DNA of 64,000 nucleotides, from positions 7,760 through 71,759 of IMG/VR virus record IMGVR_UViG_3300011423_000008; one strand, given 5' to 3'. Under the pieces are notes generated by a model that saw nothing but the letters and a program-made list of their open reading frames with translations, was not told the origin of the DNA and ran no database searches. Positions 18,308-26,152 of this stretch are shown one piece after another. Source of the DNA: a virus. Lineage: Duplodnaviria > Caudoviricetes. The first letter of the stretch is position 1. Each line of letters begins with the position of its first letter. The translations under genes and the position numbers were made by a program.

Positions 18308-18501
18308 ATTATTTTGTCTATTAGAGCGATTTTATTTGATTTTTAATGAATTTTGATTATACTGCGAGTGGCGTGAAATAAATAGAATTTTCCGTTGAGT
18401 GACGGAGAAAGAAGAAAATGAAAGCAAATTAAAAAATATAAGGCTCTACTTATTAAGCTCAAGAAGAAATTGTTTTTGTTTTCTTTTTAAATTAAACAAC
18501 G

Positions 18502-18529
18502 GGGGCGGGGCGTAAATCCCGCTCCTTTT
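18502..18529 (+). terminator. intrinsic terminator
   Basis: GGGGCGGG/CCCGCTCC hairpin + TTTT, just before a promoter. Confidence 0.6.
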
Positions 18530-18536
18530 GTTGGGC

Positions 18537-18564
18537 TTGACAAACTCCGGGGCTCTGGTATGAT
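18537..18564 (+). promoter_or_regulatory. sigma70-type early promoter
   Basis: TTGACA-16-TATGAT. Confidence 0.75.
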
Positions 18565-18572
18565 GCTGGCGA

Positions 18573-18842
18573 ATGAGTGAAACCAAAATACAATTAATTC
18601 ATATGCAAACCATTCCCAAACAAATAAACGATTGCAAATCAGGAGATTTAATTGATTTAGAGGGAGATATTATTGCTGATTTTAATCGTAATGATTCTGA
18701 TTTTCGTAATGAATATTCTGAAATCATTAATATTAAACAATTAGATAAAGATAATGTTTTAGTTGAATTTAAATATAATACGGTTTATAGGGCGGAAGTT
18801 TTTCCGAGCGCCCATTTGGTTAGGGCTGTTGTGGGGGGTTGA
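18573..18842 (+). CDS. hypothetical early protein
   Basis: ATG 8 nt after the -10 box; TGA stop within the next TTGACA. Confidence 0.65.
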   Translation: MSETKIQLIHMQTIPKQINDCKSGDLIDLEGDIIADFNRNDSDFRNEYSEIINIKQLDKDNVLVEFKYNTVYRAEVFPSAHLVRAVVGG

Positions 18843-18867
18843 CAAAGCCGGGGCGGTGGTATAGGAT
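18839..18867 (+). promoter_or_regulatory. sigma70-type early promoter
   Basis: TTGACA-17-TAGGAT. Confidence 0.75.
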
Positions 18868-18874
18868 GTTGACA

Positions 18875-18963
18875 GTTGGAACGAGTAACAGAGATGCCGG
18901 GGGCGCACCCTTGAAGGGGTTCCCTGTTAAAGAATGCCAGCATGGGCGCTGCGAACTTCCAAC
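18875..18963 (+). ncRNA. candidate three-way-junction ncRNA
   Basis: Closing GTTGGAA/TTCCAAC; TAACAG/CTGTTA, CCCTT/AAGGG and CAGC/GCTG stems. Confidence 0.5.
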
Positions 18964-18973
18964 ATTAATTTTT

Positions 18974-19154
18974 GGGGGCGTAGCTTAAATGGTCAGAGCA
19001 ACGGAGTGACTTCCGTATCTGAAATTTAGATTAGAATAATTTAGGGTTAGTCGCCTAGAGAAAAAACTAATTTAAATTCAGACTAAAGCGAATGGGTTTA
19101 TTTGACTGATAAACGAGATAGCTTTAGGTATAGGTTCAAAGCCTATCGTTCCCA
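18974..19154 (+). ncRNA. oversized tRNA-like RNA (181 nt) with inserted domain
   Basis: Acceptor GGGGGCG/CGTTCCC + A; D arm; T arm ATAGG-TTCAAAG-CCTAT; long inserted helices. Confidence 0.8.
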
Positions 19155-19332
19155 CTTTTTAGTAAATAATAAATAAATGAAAACCAAATACATTACTATT
19201 GAATTAACTTTCAATAATGGGGGCGGGCGCGTGTTTACAATGCGAGAAAAGGAATTGAAATCTTTAAAGGAATTAACCAATAAATATGATATTGGCGTTA
19301 AATCTATTCAAATTATTAAAACTCTTTAAAAT

Positions 19333-19581
19333 ATGAACGAAACAACTATCTATCTCTTGGACGGAAAACGAATTCATATCACTGGTCGAGGCAAAACGGC
19401 GGCGTTATCTTCTAATTTGCTTGAAGAAAATGAAAAAGATGTAGAAGTAATTGCCGCAATAAATACTTTAGAATCTTTTGTTTTGGCTCTGCATTGTGCG
19501 GGATTCGAAGTAAATAGTGAAGAATTTACGGCGGCGGTTCAAACAACTTGGGACGCTATTTATAATAATATTATTGATTAA
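19333..19581 (+). CDS. hypothetical early protein
   Basis: Tiling ORF. Confidence 0.65.
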   Translation: MNETTIYLLDGKRIHITGRGKTAALSSNLLEENEKDVEVIAAINTLESFVLALHCAGFEVNSEEFTAAVQTTWDAIYNNIID

Positions 19582-19585
19582 ATAA

Positions 19586-19885
19586 ATGAAAATAACTTTC
19601 ATTCTCAAAGATTTGAGTCCCGCCTTCTATGAGGGTCGCCCGAGTGAAAATCCTATAATGGAAATCAGAGGATTAAATAATTTAACTACAAAAGAAAAAT
19701 TCTTTTATTTAAATAAGAGGGCGGCGGAAAAAGAATTAAAAATTACTATGAAAGTAGGTAATTCAGATTCATTCCGAGATAAAGTAGAATTAAATCAATT
19801 ACTTAAAAAAGATAATTATAATATTGATTATAAACTGGAGGCGCGGCGGGGCTATAAGCTCGTCACTTTTCAAGTGACCCCTTGA
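19586..19885 (+). CDS. hypothetical early protein
   Basis: TGA stop within TTGACA. Confidence 0.6.
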   Translation: MKITFILKDLSPAFYEGRPSENPIMEIRGLNNLTTKEKFFYLNKRAAEKELKITMKVGNSDSFRDKVELNQLLKKDNYNIDYKLEARRGYKLVTFQVTP

Positions 19886-19911
19886 CAAATGGGCGCGAGA
19901 TAGTATAAGCT
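19882..19911 (+). promoter_or_regulatory. sigma70-type early promoter
   Basis: TTGACA-16-TATAAG or -18-TAAGCT. Confidence 0.6.
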
Positions 19912-19919
19912 TTTGGCAA

Positions 19920-19979
19920 TGCTGGAATGAGTACCAAATAACTGTTAGCGAAATACCTAATAGGGGGAAAGTTCCAGCA
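19920..19979 (+). ncRNA. candidate stem-closed leader RNA
   Basis: TGCTGGAA/TTCCAGCA closing stem; shares GGAAYGAGTA with the 18875 element. Confidence 0.4.
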
Positions 19980-19996
19980 GAACCATTTTAAATAAT

Positions 19997-20293
19997 ATGA
20001 AAATTTACGATACTTGTCCCGCGTGTTCCCATAATGGAAAATGGATGGTCGATATTACTAAAAATAGTAAAGCGCCCGAATTAAATAATATTAAAAGTTG
20101 TTTAAATTGCGGGGCAATATATGGCGTGGCACCCCGCTCGGTAATTGATCCTTCTTTTATTAATTTAACAAAACAAGAAGTAGATTGCGAGCCGGAATTA
20201 TTAAAGTATTTTGATTTTACTTTCAGCGGCACAAATAATCGCGTTCATGGGTGGTATAATACACAAACGAAGAATGTCATACAGTGGGGTTGA
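19997..20293 (+). CDS. Cys-containing hypothetical protein
   Basis: CPAC...CLNC; TGA stop within TTGACA. Confidence 0.65.
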   Translation: MKIYDTCPACSHNGKWMVDITKNSKAPELNNIKSCLNCGAIYGVAPRSVIDPSFINLTKQEVDCEPELLKYFDFTFSGTNNRVHGWYNTQTKNVIQWG

Positions 20294-20318
20294 CAAACTA
20301 GGCGCGACACGATAGTAT
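20290..20318 (+). promoter_or_regulatory. sigma70-type early promoter
   Basis: TTGACA-17-TAGTAT. Confidence 0.75.
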
Positions 20319-20327
20319 AGCGGGACT

Positions 20328-20582
20328 ATGAACAGACATTCATTCACTGGTCTTACCCGAGTCTCCAAAGCCAAAGCACGAAAAATTTGGGGGACAAATA
20401 AAACAATTTCATTGTGTCCCGTTAAACTTTGTCCTGATGGCCCTTGGCGAGTCAATCTTGATATCTTCCCCGAGGAACAAAAGGCGCGGGGTTTCGAAGA
20501 AACTGTGAATAGTTTTGAATTTTATAATTGTAATATGAACGAAACCGGATACTATACGGCGTTTTATATTAGGAGTAAATAA
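20328..20582 (+). CDS. hypothetical early protein
   Basis: FEFYNCNMNETGYYTAFY motif. Confidence 0.65.
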   Translation: MNRHSFTGLTRVSKAKARKIWGTNKTISLCPVKLCPDGPWRVNLDIFPEEQKARGFEETVNSFEFYNCNMNETGYYTAFYIRSK

Positions 20583-20583
20583 T

Positions 20584-20817
20584 ATGTTATACGGCCCCAA
20601 AAACGAACAATTTGAATCCTATTATCTTTTAAATCAAAAGATTGTATGTAAATCAAATGAATATGGGGCCGATTGTTTTAATAAGGTAGCGGAGATTATT
20701 GATATTCATCAAATTAAAAAAGGGCAAACATTAATTACTTTAAAATTTGATCATGTAACATTTTCGGTGCCTGAGGAATTTGTGGATTGTAATTGTATGG
20801 TATTGCATACCCCTTGA
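20584..20817 (+). CDS. hypothetical early protein
   Basis: TGA stop within TTGACA. Confidence 0.6.
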   Translation: MLYGPKNEQFESYYLLNQKIVCKSNEYGADCFNKVAEIIDIHQIKKGQTLITLKFDHVTFSVPEEFVDCNCMVLHTP

Positions 20818-20842
20818 CAAAGCATAGACTCTATTGTAGAGT
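20814..20842 (+). promoter_or_regulatory. sigma70-type early promoter
   Basis: TTGACA-17-TAGAGT; inverted repeat GACTCTA-TTG-TAGAGTC overlaps the -10 box. Confidence 0.75.
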
Positions 20843-20850
20843 CATCACCT

Positions 20851-21159
20851 ATGACAAAAACAGACTTGTTCGAATGGGCCGAAATGACCGGCGAAACTAT
20901 TGATACGGCGGTGCCTCAGAATTGGGCCGATGCGGTTAACAAGCTCGGTATCGAATCGCGGGAATTCGCGTGGCATTATCCTAAGGACGGCGGACACGGC
21001 GGAAAGCCAATTTCGAACGGCGAATTGCTTATCAAGGCAATTTACAATGGTAATTTGGTGCCAATGCGTTTTATTGAGTCGGCAATTGAATTAGCCGCTG
21101 AAGGAAAGCCAAAAGAAGAAATAATGGCTTTGATTAAACTTTCTTGCGATGGTCTGTAA
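20851..21159 (+). CDS. hypothetical early protein
   Basis: ATG 8 nt after the -10 box. Confidence 0.65.
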   Translation: MTKTDLFEWAEMTGETIDTAVPQNWADAVNKLGIESREFAWHYPKDGGHGGKPISNGELLIKAIYNGNLVPMRFIESAIELAAEGKPKEEIMALIKLSCDGL

Positions 21160-21173
21160 GTCATAGGGTAATG

Positions 21174-21195
21174 GGGGGCGAAAGCCCCCTGTTAT
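21174..21195 (+). terminator. probable intrinsic terminator
   Basis: GGGGGC-GAAA-GCCCCC followed by a T-rich tail. Confidence 0.55.
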
Positions 21196-21216
21196 TTTAA
21201 ATTAAATAATAATTTT

Positions 21217-21597
21217 ATGCAACATAGACTTTTAATTAATTCTATTGGGCCGCGTATCGAATACGCACATTATAATAAACATTATCCCATGATAAAGGGA
21301 ATGAAAGTGTTTAAATATAATTGTAAATATAAAACAGATTATTCTCATGGCGAGCACGATTCAGAATTAATTTGTTGGAGCGAAAAAGATTTTCTTGATT
21401 TGATTGCGGTTTGGAATAGAATGAATCCAAATCAATATAATTATACTCCTATTCGTGAAAATAATCCACATCAATTTTTACTTGATTATTGGGTGGCGCG
21501 TTACGAAGAAGCTTGGAATGATTATCCTTTTTGGATTGCTAAAAATGTAACTCGCGCTATTAATAAAAGAATTCAAGAATTACAAACTTTAGTATGA
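21217..21597 (+). CDS. hypothetical early protein
   Basis: Tiling ORF. Confidence 0.55.
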   Translation: MQHRLLINSIGPRIEYAHYNKHYPMIKGMKVFKYNCKYKTDYSHGEHDSELICWSEKDFLDLIAVWNRMNPNQYNYTPIRENNPHQFLLDYWVARYEEAWNDYPFWIAKNVTRAINKRIQELQTLV

Positions 21598-21782
21598 ATC
21601 AATACCCTTATTCTGAAGTATTTGAATATCCGGGCGAAAAACAGGAAAGAAATTCTGTTTTATATAAACGTTTTTTCTTATTTTACTTTGAAAAATTACC
21701 TGTTTCTACGGGCGGGTATTATCTTACTTCGTATGAAAGTATAATGGCGGAAGATGTTGGCCAGCTAATGGGGGGAAACTAG
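21594..21782 (+). CDS. hypothetical early protein
   Basis: ATGA overlap. Confidence 0.55.
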   Translation: MNQYPYSEVFEYPGEKQERNSVLYKRFFLFYFEKLPVSTGGYYLTSYESIMAEDVGQLMGGN

Positions 21783-21809
21783 CGTTTCCCTGCGGCTAAA
21801 GCCGCTCTC

Positions 21810-21838
21810 TTGACAAATAGAACGCGATAGTGTCTAAT
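21810..21838 (+). promoter_or_regulatory. sigma70-type early promoter
   Basis: TTGACA-17-TCTAAT, preceded by hairpin GCGGC-TAAA-GCCGC. Confidence 0.65.
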
Positions 21839-21847
21839 AGCGGGACT

Positions 21848-22036
21848 ATGGATAAGCAATTGACTTACGAAGAAGAAAATTTGATCAAAGATATGTTGAA
21901 ATTCTTTGGTAATAATCGAGAAATCGAAATTCGCTTTCAAGCTTCAACTCAAAGATTGAATTCAGATTATTATAATTTACTTTGCGATGATATTTTTCGC
22001 AAATTGCAAAACGGGCGGTTGATTGTAGAGGCTTGA
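21848..22036 (+). CDS. hypothetical early protein
   Basis: ATG 9 nt after the -10 box; TGA stop within the next TTGACA. Confidence 0.6.
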   Translation: MDKQLTYEEENLIKDMLKFFGNNREIEIRFQASTQRLNSDYYNLLCDDIFRKLQNGRLIVEA

Positions 22037-22061
22037 CAAAGCCATTAAACGTTGATAGTAT
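22033..22061 (+). promoter_or_regulatory. sigma70-type early promoter
   Basis: TTGACA-17-TAGTAT. Confidence 0.75.
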
Positions 22062-22070
22062 CAAGACACT

Positions 22071-22271
22071 ATGAATGAGATTATCGTGGGAAACATCGGT
22101 TCGGTCTATCGCGGCCATGACGACGACGAAGCACAATACCATTTTGACGAATACAAAAGGCAATCCGAGTCCGAACATGGGCGGGCGGGGTCCGAGGATG
22201 TTGTTTGGCTGCAAAATGATGAAATTTACAAAGAATTTCGCGGGAAATTGAGCCAAACGAATCAGGATTAA
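22071..22271 (+). CDS. hypothetical early protein
   Basis: EIIVGNIGSVYRG...GRAGSEDV motif. Confidence 0.7.
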   Translation: MNEIIVGNIGSVYRGHDDDEAQYHFDEYKRQSESEHGRAGSEDVVWLQNDEIYKEFRGKLSQTNQD

Positions 22272-22488
22272 TCGAAATAACACTAAATAATAAAAAATAG
22301 CTTTAGCTAGTTTTTATGAAAGACCCGCCCCGTTAAATTAATAATTGAAATTGTTGAAATGATTTATTTCTAAAGATGATGCTTGGAAATGAATTAAACC
22401 ACCGGACCAAAAGGAATAACATGAAGAAGAACTAATAGATTATTATTATTTTTTTAGATTTAAATTTTTTAAGTTTGTTTTGAAATGG

Positions 22489-22524
22489 GCGGGTTGTTTG
22501 GGACGGGAACCCTGAGCAACCCGC
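22489..22524 (+). terminator. strong hairpin abutting a promoter
   Basis: GCGGGTTGTT...AGCAACCCGC stem. Confidence 0.5.
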
Positions 22525-22526
22525 TC

Positions 22527-22555
22527 TTGACATATGGCGAGGGTTGCGATAGCAT
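22527..22555 (+). promoter_or_regulatory. sigma70-type early promoter
   Basis: TTGACA-17-TAGCAT. Confidence 0.75.
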
Positions 22556-22564
22556 GATTGGACT

Positions 22565-22822
22565 ATGAATTACTTGCCAAATAGACAGCCGGGGCCAATG
22601 TGCTCTTGCGTCGAGTCTCGCGACGATTCTTTATACCCGCGCTCGGTTTACCGTTGCGACGAATGCGGCACCCTGTTTCGCTCTTACGCTTTTAATTGCG
22701 CGGTATGTTGGTCTTGTCCGCGCACCCATATTTTAAATGATAAATACCATAAATCAGAACACAATCAAACAAAGTATATTGGATTTATTTGTTTGTGCGG
22801 CGGCTTGAAACTAAATAATTAA
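22565..22822 (+). CDS. Cys-rich hypothetical protein
   Basis: Multiple CxxC; ATG 9 nt after the -10 box. Confidence 0.6.
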   Translation: MNYLPNRQPGPMCSCVESRDDSLYPRSVYRCDECGTLFRSYAFNCAVCWSCPRTHILNDKYHKSEHNQTKYIGFICLCGGLKLNN

Positions 22823-22832
22823 ATAGAAAAAC

Positions 22833-23153
22833 TTGTTTTTCTTAGAAAAGGAACTTTTCGTGAATACTAAACACTACGTTGATGCGGGGCATGTTAAGAT
22901 TGACTTCGAAGAATTGACTGCGGTTGCCAAAATAGCGGTCGCGAGATGCATGGACAATACTTCCCGCCGTTTAAATACAATCCAAACAAGTTTGTATAAT
23001 AATGTTAAAGAAGATTCGGCGCGGTTTATCGGCCCCGCCCTTGATTCAGAATATCTAATCAAAGCCGCTCAGGAATTAGAAAAATCAATTCAACTTTTGT
23101 ATGCTCTTGATGCTGCGCGGGAAAGAAATGATTTAACTATTAAGAAAACATAA
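22833..23153 (+). CDS. hypothetical early protein
   Basis: Tiling ORF. Confidence 0.55.
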   Translation: MFFLEKELFVNTKHYVDAGHVKIDFEELTAVAKIAVARCMDNTSRRLNTIQTSLYNNVKEDSARFIGPALDSEYLIKAAQELEKSIQLLYALDAARERNDLTIKKT

Positions 23154-23233
23154 TTCTGGAAGGTGAAATTCACAATTTGTAAAACAAGTTTTACCGCAAT
23201 TCTTACGAATTGTTTTTGAGAAAGAAAATAAAA

Positions 23234-23533
23234 ATGAATAATAACTATACTTTTGAATTGTATTACAATACGGGCGGGCATGGCGGGCCGCACCCCGATA
23301 TCATCATGGCCGAAACCTACGCTCGCAATTTGATCGCTGGCGACACTTCGGGGCGTCTTAGCTCGGTCGAGATACGCCCGCGCAATTCGAAAGCGATTGG
23401 CGGGTATGCGCCCAATACCCCCGGCTCCACCTATATCGAGCGCGTGTCTGAAATAACTAAAGACATTAAGATTGAAAGGCGATTTGTTTCTCTTTTGTCT
23501 GATGTTTGTTACAATTTAGCTGGAATGACTTGA
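23234..23533 (+). CDS. hypothetical early protein
   Basis: YYNTGGHGGPH motif; internal ATG of the track ORF. Confidence 0.65.
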   Translation: MNNNYTFELYYNTGGHGGPHPDIIMAETYARNLIAGDTSGRLSSVEIRPRNSKAIGGYAPNTPGSTYIERVSEITKDIKIERRFVSLLSDVCYNLAGMT

Positions 23534-23558
23534 AATAATTCTAAATAAAGTTATTCCG

Positions 23559-23587
23559 GCGCAAGTTAGAAATAGCTTGCGCTTTTT
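23559..23587 (+). terminator. intrinsic terminator ending the early cassette array
   Basis: GCGCAAGTTA-GAAA-TAGCTTGCGC-TTTTT. Confidence 0.85.
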
Positions 23588-23589
23588 GT

Positions 23590-23810
23590 TTTTGTATTGC
23601 GAGAGAAATAATCTAAATAATTCCATGATAAAATAAAATAATTCGAAATAAATAATTCTATTCTAAATATTTGATGATCAAATAAATAAAGCCAAAATAA
23701 CTTGAAATAATCCCAAATAAAACTAAATAATACTATTCAGGCGGGGGGCAGGGGGGGGTGAGGGTGCCCGATGGGGCATCGGGGAAAGCCCCGATAGGGG
23801 ACTCAGGGTA
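23590..23810. repeat. AAATAA-rich tract followed by a G-run/hairpin cluster
   Basis: About a dozen AAATAA copies, then seven G3+ runs and overlapping hairpins. Confidence 0.6.
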
Positions 23811-24099
23811 GTAGGAAAACTTGTTTTCCGTATTAGTTTTATTATGAATTAGTTGGGGTCATTAGGAGAATTGATTAGGTGCCTAACATGATGGTCGAGT
23901 CGGAACGGTCGAATTTTGCCCTATATATGGCGAAAAGAATCGAAACAAAGGAAACAGGGAAAAAAAGAATTGTTTGAACTTTTTTTCATTTGTATATTGT
24001 TCATTTGCAATGGCTTGGGATAGAGAATGATTTTTTATCAAAAAAAATGTTGCGCTCCTATATGGTTTTGATAGTTTGAAGGCACCGGAAGGCACCGGG

Positions 24100-24425
24100 G
24101 CGCGGGGAACAGCGAAAAGGTTCCGCTTGAGAGTTGACTGGTAACTCTAAAAATTCTTAACGCACTATTCAGAATGTAGTGGCAATCGGTTAAGGCTGTT
24201 CGGTTCAAACAAGTATCGAAGTCGGAATGAATCTTTAATCAGTAAAGAATACTGATTGCGGTTAGTATGCCAACCAAGACAAAAAAGGAATATGCATCGG
24301 ACAAAGGGAAAACTCGACGCGAGAAAACTTAAGCCGATGCCACAAAAAAACGAGAAAAGGAAAACGAAAGTTTTCCCCTTTCTCTTGCTAGTGAATTGAA
24401 AATGAATTCAACCCACTAGTAAGCA
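24100..24425 (+). ncRNA. candidate large structured ncRNA (about 325 nt)
   Basis: ORF-free; long-range helix 24179-24194/24328-24343 plus at least six hairpins. Confidence 0.6.
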
Positions 24426-24440
24426 CAAAGGAAAATTCTT

Positions 24441-24773
24441 ATGGGTATTAGACTCTATCCACAAACTACCGATCACGCCAAACTAGAAAAACTGGCGCAT
24501 GTTCCTGAGGGTACTTGGCAAAAGTACGCTGAACTTGAGAAAGCTTTCCCCGATGCCGATGCATTCTATGATGAAATTTTCAAACCCGAAAACGCTGAAA
24601 TTCGGCAATTGCAAAGTTTCGATTTGAATGGGTATGGAAGAATTCACATTCCTTTCGAATTGTCTGATAATTCGGGGAAAACAAAAACGCTTTTCGAAGC
24701 GCAACTTTTGGCAATCATTCATGAAATTGACCCTGAGATTGCAATTTTGGCTGAGGGTTTTAAATGGTGTTAG
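24441..24773 (+). CDS. hypothetical protein
   Basis: AAGGA upstream; ATG ORF. Confidence 0.7.
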   Translation: MGIRLYPQTTDHAKLEKLAHVPEGTWQKYAELEKAFPDADAFYDEIFKPENAEIRQLQSFDLNGYGRIHIPFELSDNSGKTKTLFEAQLLAIIHEIDPEIAILAEGFKWC

Positions 24774-24869
24774 TTTGACTTTGAGTATGCGGCAAATTGC
24801 CGCATATTCAGGGACGCACTAAACAAAAGGAAAAAAGAAATTTTTTCCCGCGTCAAAAAAAGGAAAGTT

Positions 24870-25940
24870 ATGGCTCACAAAATCGAAATCCACGATGAAC
24901 AGCATGGAATTCAACAGGCGTGGCATGGTTTGACGAAAGTTTCTCCGAAACTTGACGCAAACGGATGTTGGCTTTCACAATGGGATGTTGAACAGCGCAA
25001 GCTTGCGATGTTGGACCCCGATGGAAAAGTTATGTTGGATTCTGAAGGCAAGCCGATAGAAACCAAGTATCGGATTTTGACCTGTTCGGATGTTCCAAGC
25101 TTGCAAATTGGCAAGCCATTTGACCCCGAAACTTATTCGGTAATTACAAACAAGCGCTTGCTTGAAATTGTTTCAAAAGCGCTCGCGGGAACAAAGCATC
25201 AAATTGTTTCCCTTGGAAGTCTCTGCAATCGGGAAAAAGTTTTTCTAACTATTTCCTTGGAAGCCTTAAAAGATTTTAAGGTTGGCGGTCGCGAATTCGA
25301 AGCCTTTCTGAATTTTGGAAATGGCTTGGCAAACGGAACTTCTTTTTTCTGTAACACTTCAAACACTTGTACCGTTTGCGATAACACGTACAGTATGAAT
25401 TTGGCGCACAAAGGAAAGGCGCTGGACGTACGGCTCAAGCATACCAAAAACATGGAAGCCGAAATTCAGAACCTTCCCGAGATTATTGATGGCGCTGTAG
25501 GCGTCACAATGGAATTTCGCGAAACGTTGAACAGCCTTTCAAAAGTTCCCGCGACGTTGATTCAAGCCGAACGAACATTCGCCGGGTTTATGATCGACGA
25601 TGGCGATGTTAAAAAGGCAAGGGAACTTGGAAGCAAGGCAAGGCAATCCGATGTTCTCTCAACTCGGAGCTTGAACCAAGTAACTCGCTTGACTGAACTG
25701 TTCTCGCGTGGCGCTGGAAACAAGGGAAAAGACTTTTTAGATGTTTTTTCCGCTGTAACGGATTATTACACTCACGAAAGCGCTGGCGGGTCCGATAAGC
25801 GCAAACAATTCGAAAGTTCCGAAATCGGCTCGGGACTTCGGAAGAAAAACGAATTCTTTGAACTTGTCACGAATGACAAGTCAAGAGATGAACTTGAGAA
25901 GCGGGGCGCTTTTGCGCTGGAACTTCCCGAGGTGAATTGA
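24870..25940 (+). CDS. DUF932-family phage/plasmid protein (TIGR03299-like)
   Basis: MAH...AWHGL N-terminus, VCDNT motif, 356 aa. Confidence 0.8.
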   Translation: MAHKIEIHDEQHGIQQAWHGLTKVSPKLDANGCWLSQWDVEQRKLAMLDPDGKVMLDSEGKPIETKYRILTCSDVPSLQIGKPFDPETYSVITNKRLLEIVSKALAGTKHQIVSLGSLCNREKVFLTISLEALKDFKVGGREFEAFLNFGNGLANGTSFFCNTSNTCTVCDNTYSMNLAHKGKALDVRLKHTKNMEAEIQNLPEIIDGAVGVTMEFRETLNSLSKVPATLIQAERTFAGFMIDDGDVKKARELGSKARQSDVLSTRSLNQVTRLTELFSRGAGNKGKDFLDVFSAVTDYYTHESAGGSDKRKQFESSEIGSGLRKKNEFFELVTNDKSRDELEKRGAFALELPEVN

Positions 25941-25948
25941 TCATAAAC

Positions 25949-25971
25949 GGGGATACGAAAGTACCCCTTTT
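25949..25971 (+). terminator. intrinsic terminator
   Basis: GGGGATAC-GAAA-GTACCCC-TTTT. Confidence 0.75.
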
Positions 25972-26152
25972 GCTTATGGTTTTTTGTATTGTGTTCCTTT
26001 TGGGGATAGTGCTTTTTGCGCTGTTCTCCAATCGACGTTAAAACGACACTAGCAGAGAGAAAAAAATTTCTGCTAGTGAATTTTAATTTCGAAAAATTCC
26101 TTTTGAGATTAAACGCTATCCCTGAAGCGAAAACATTCCGGGGAAAACTAGA

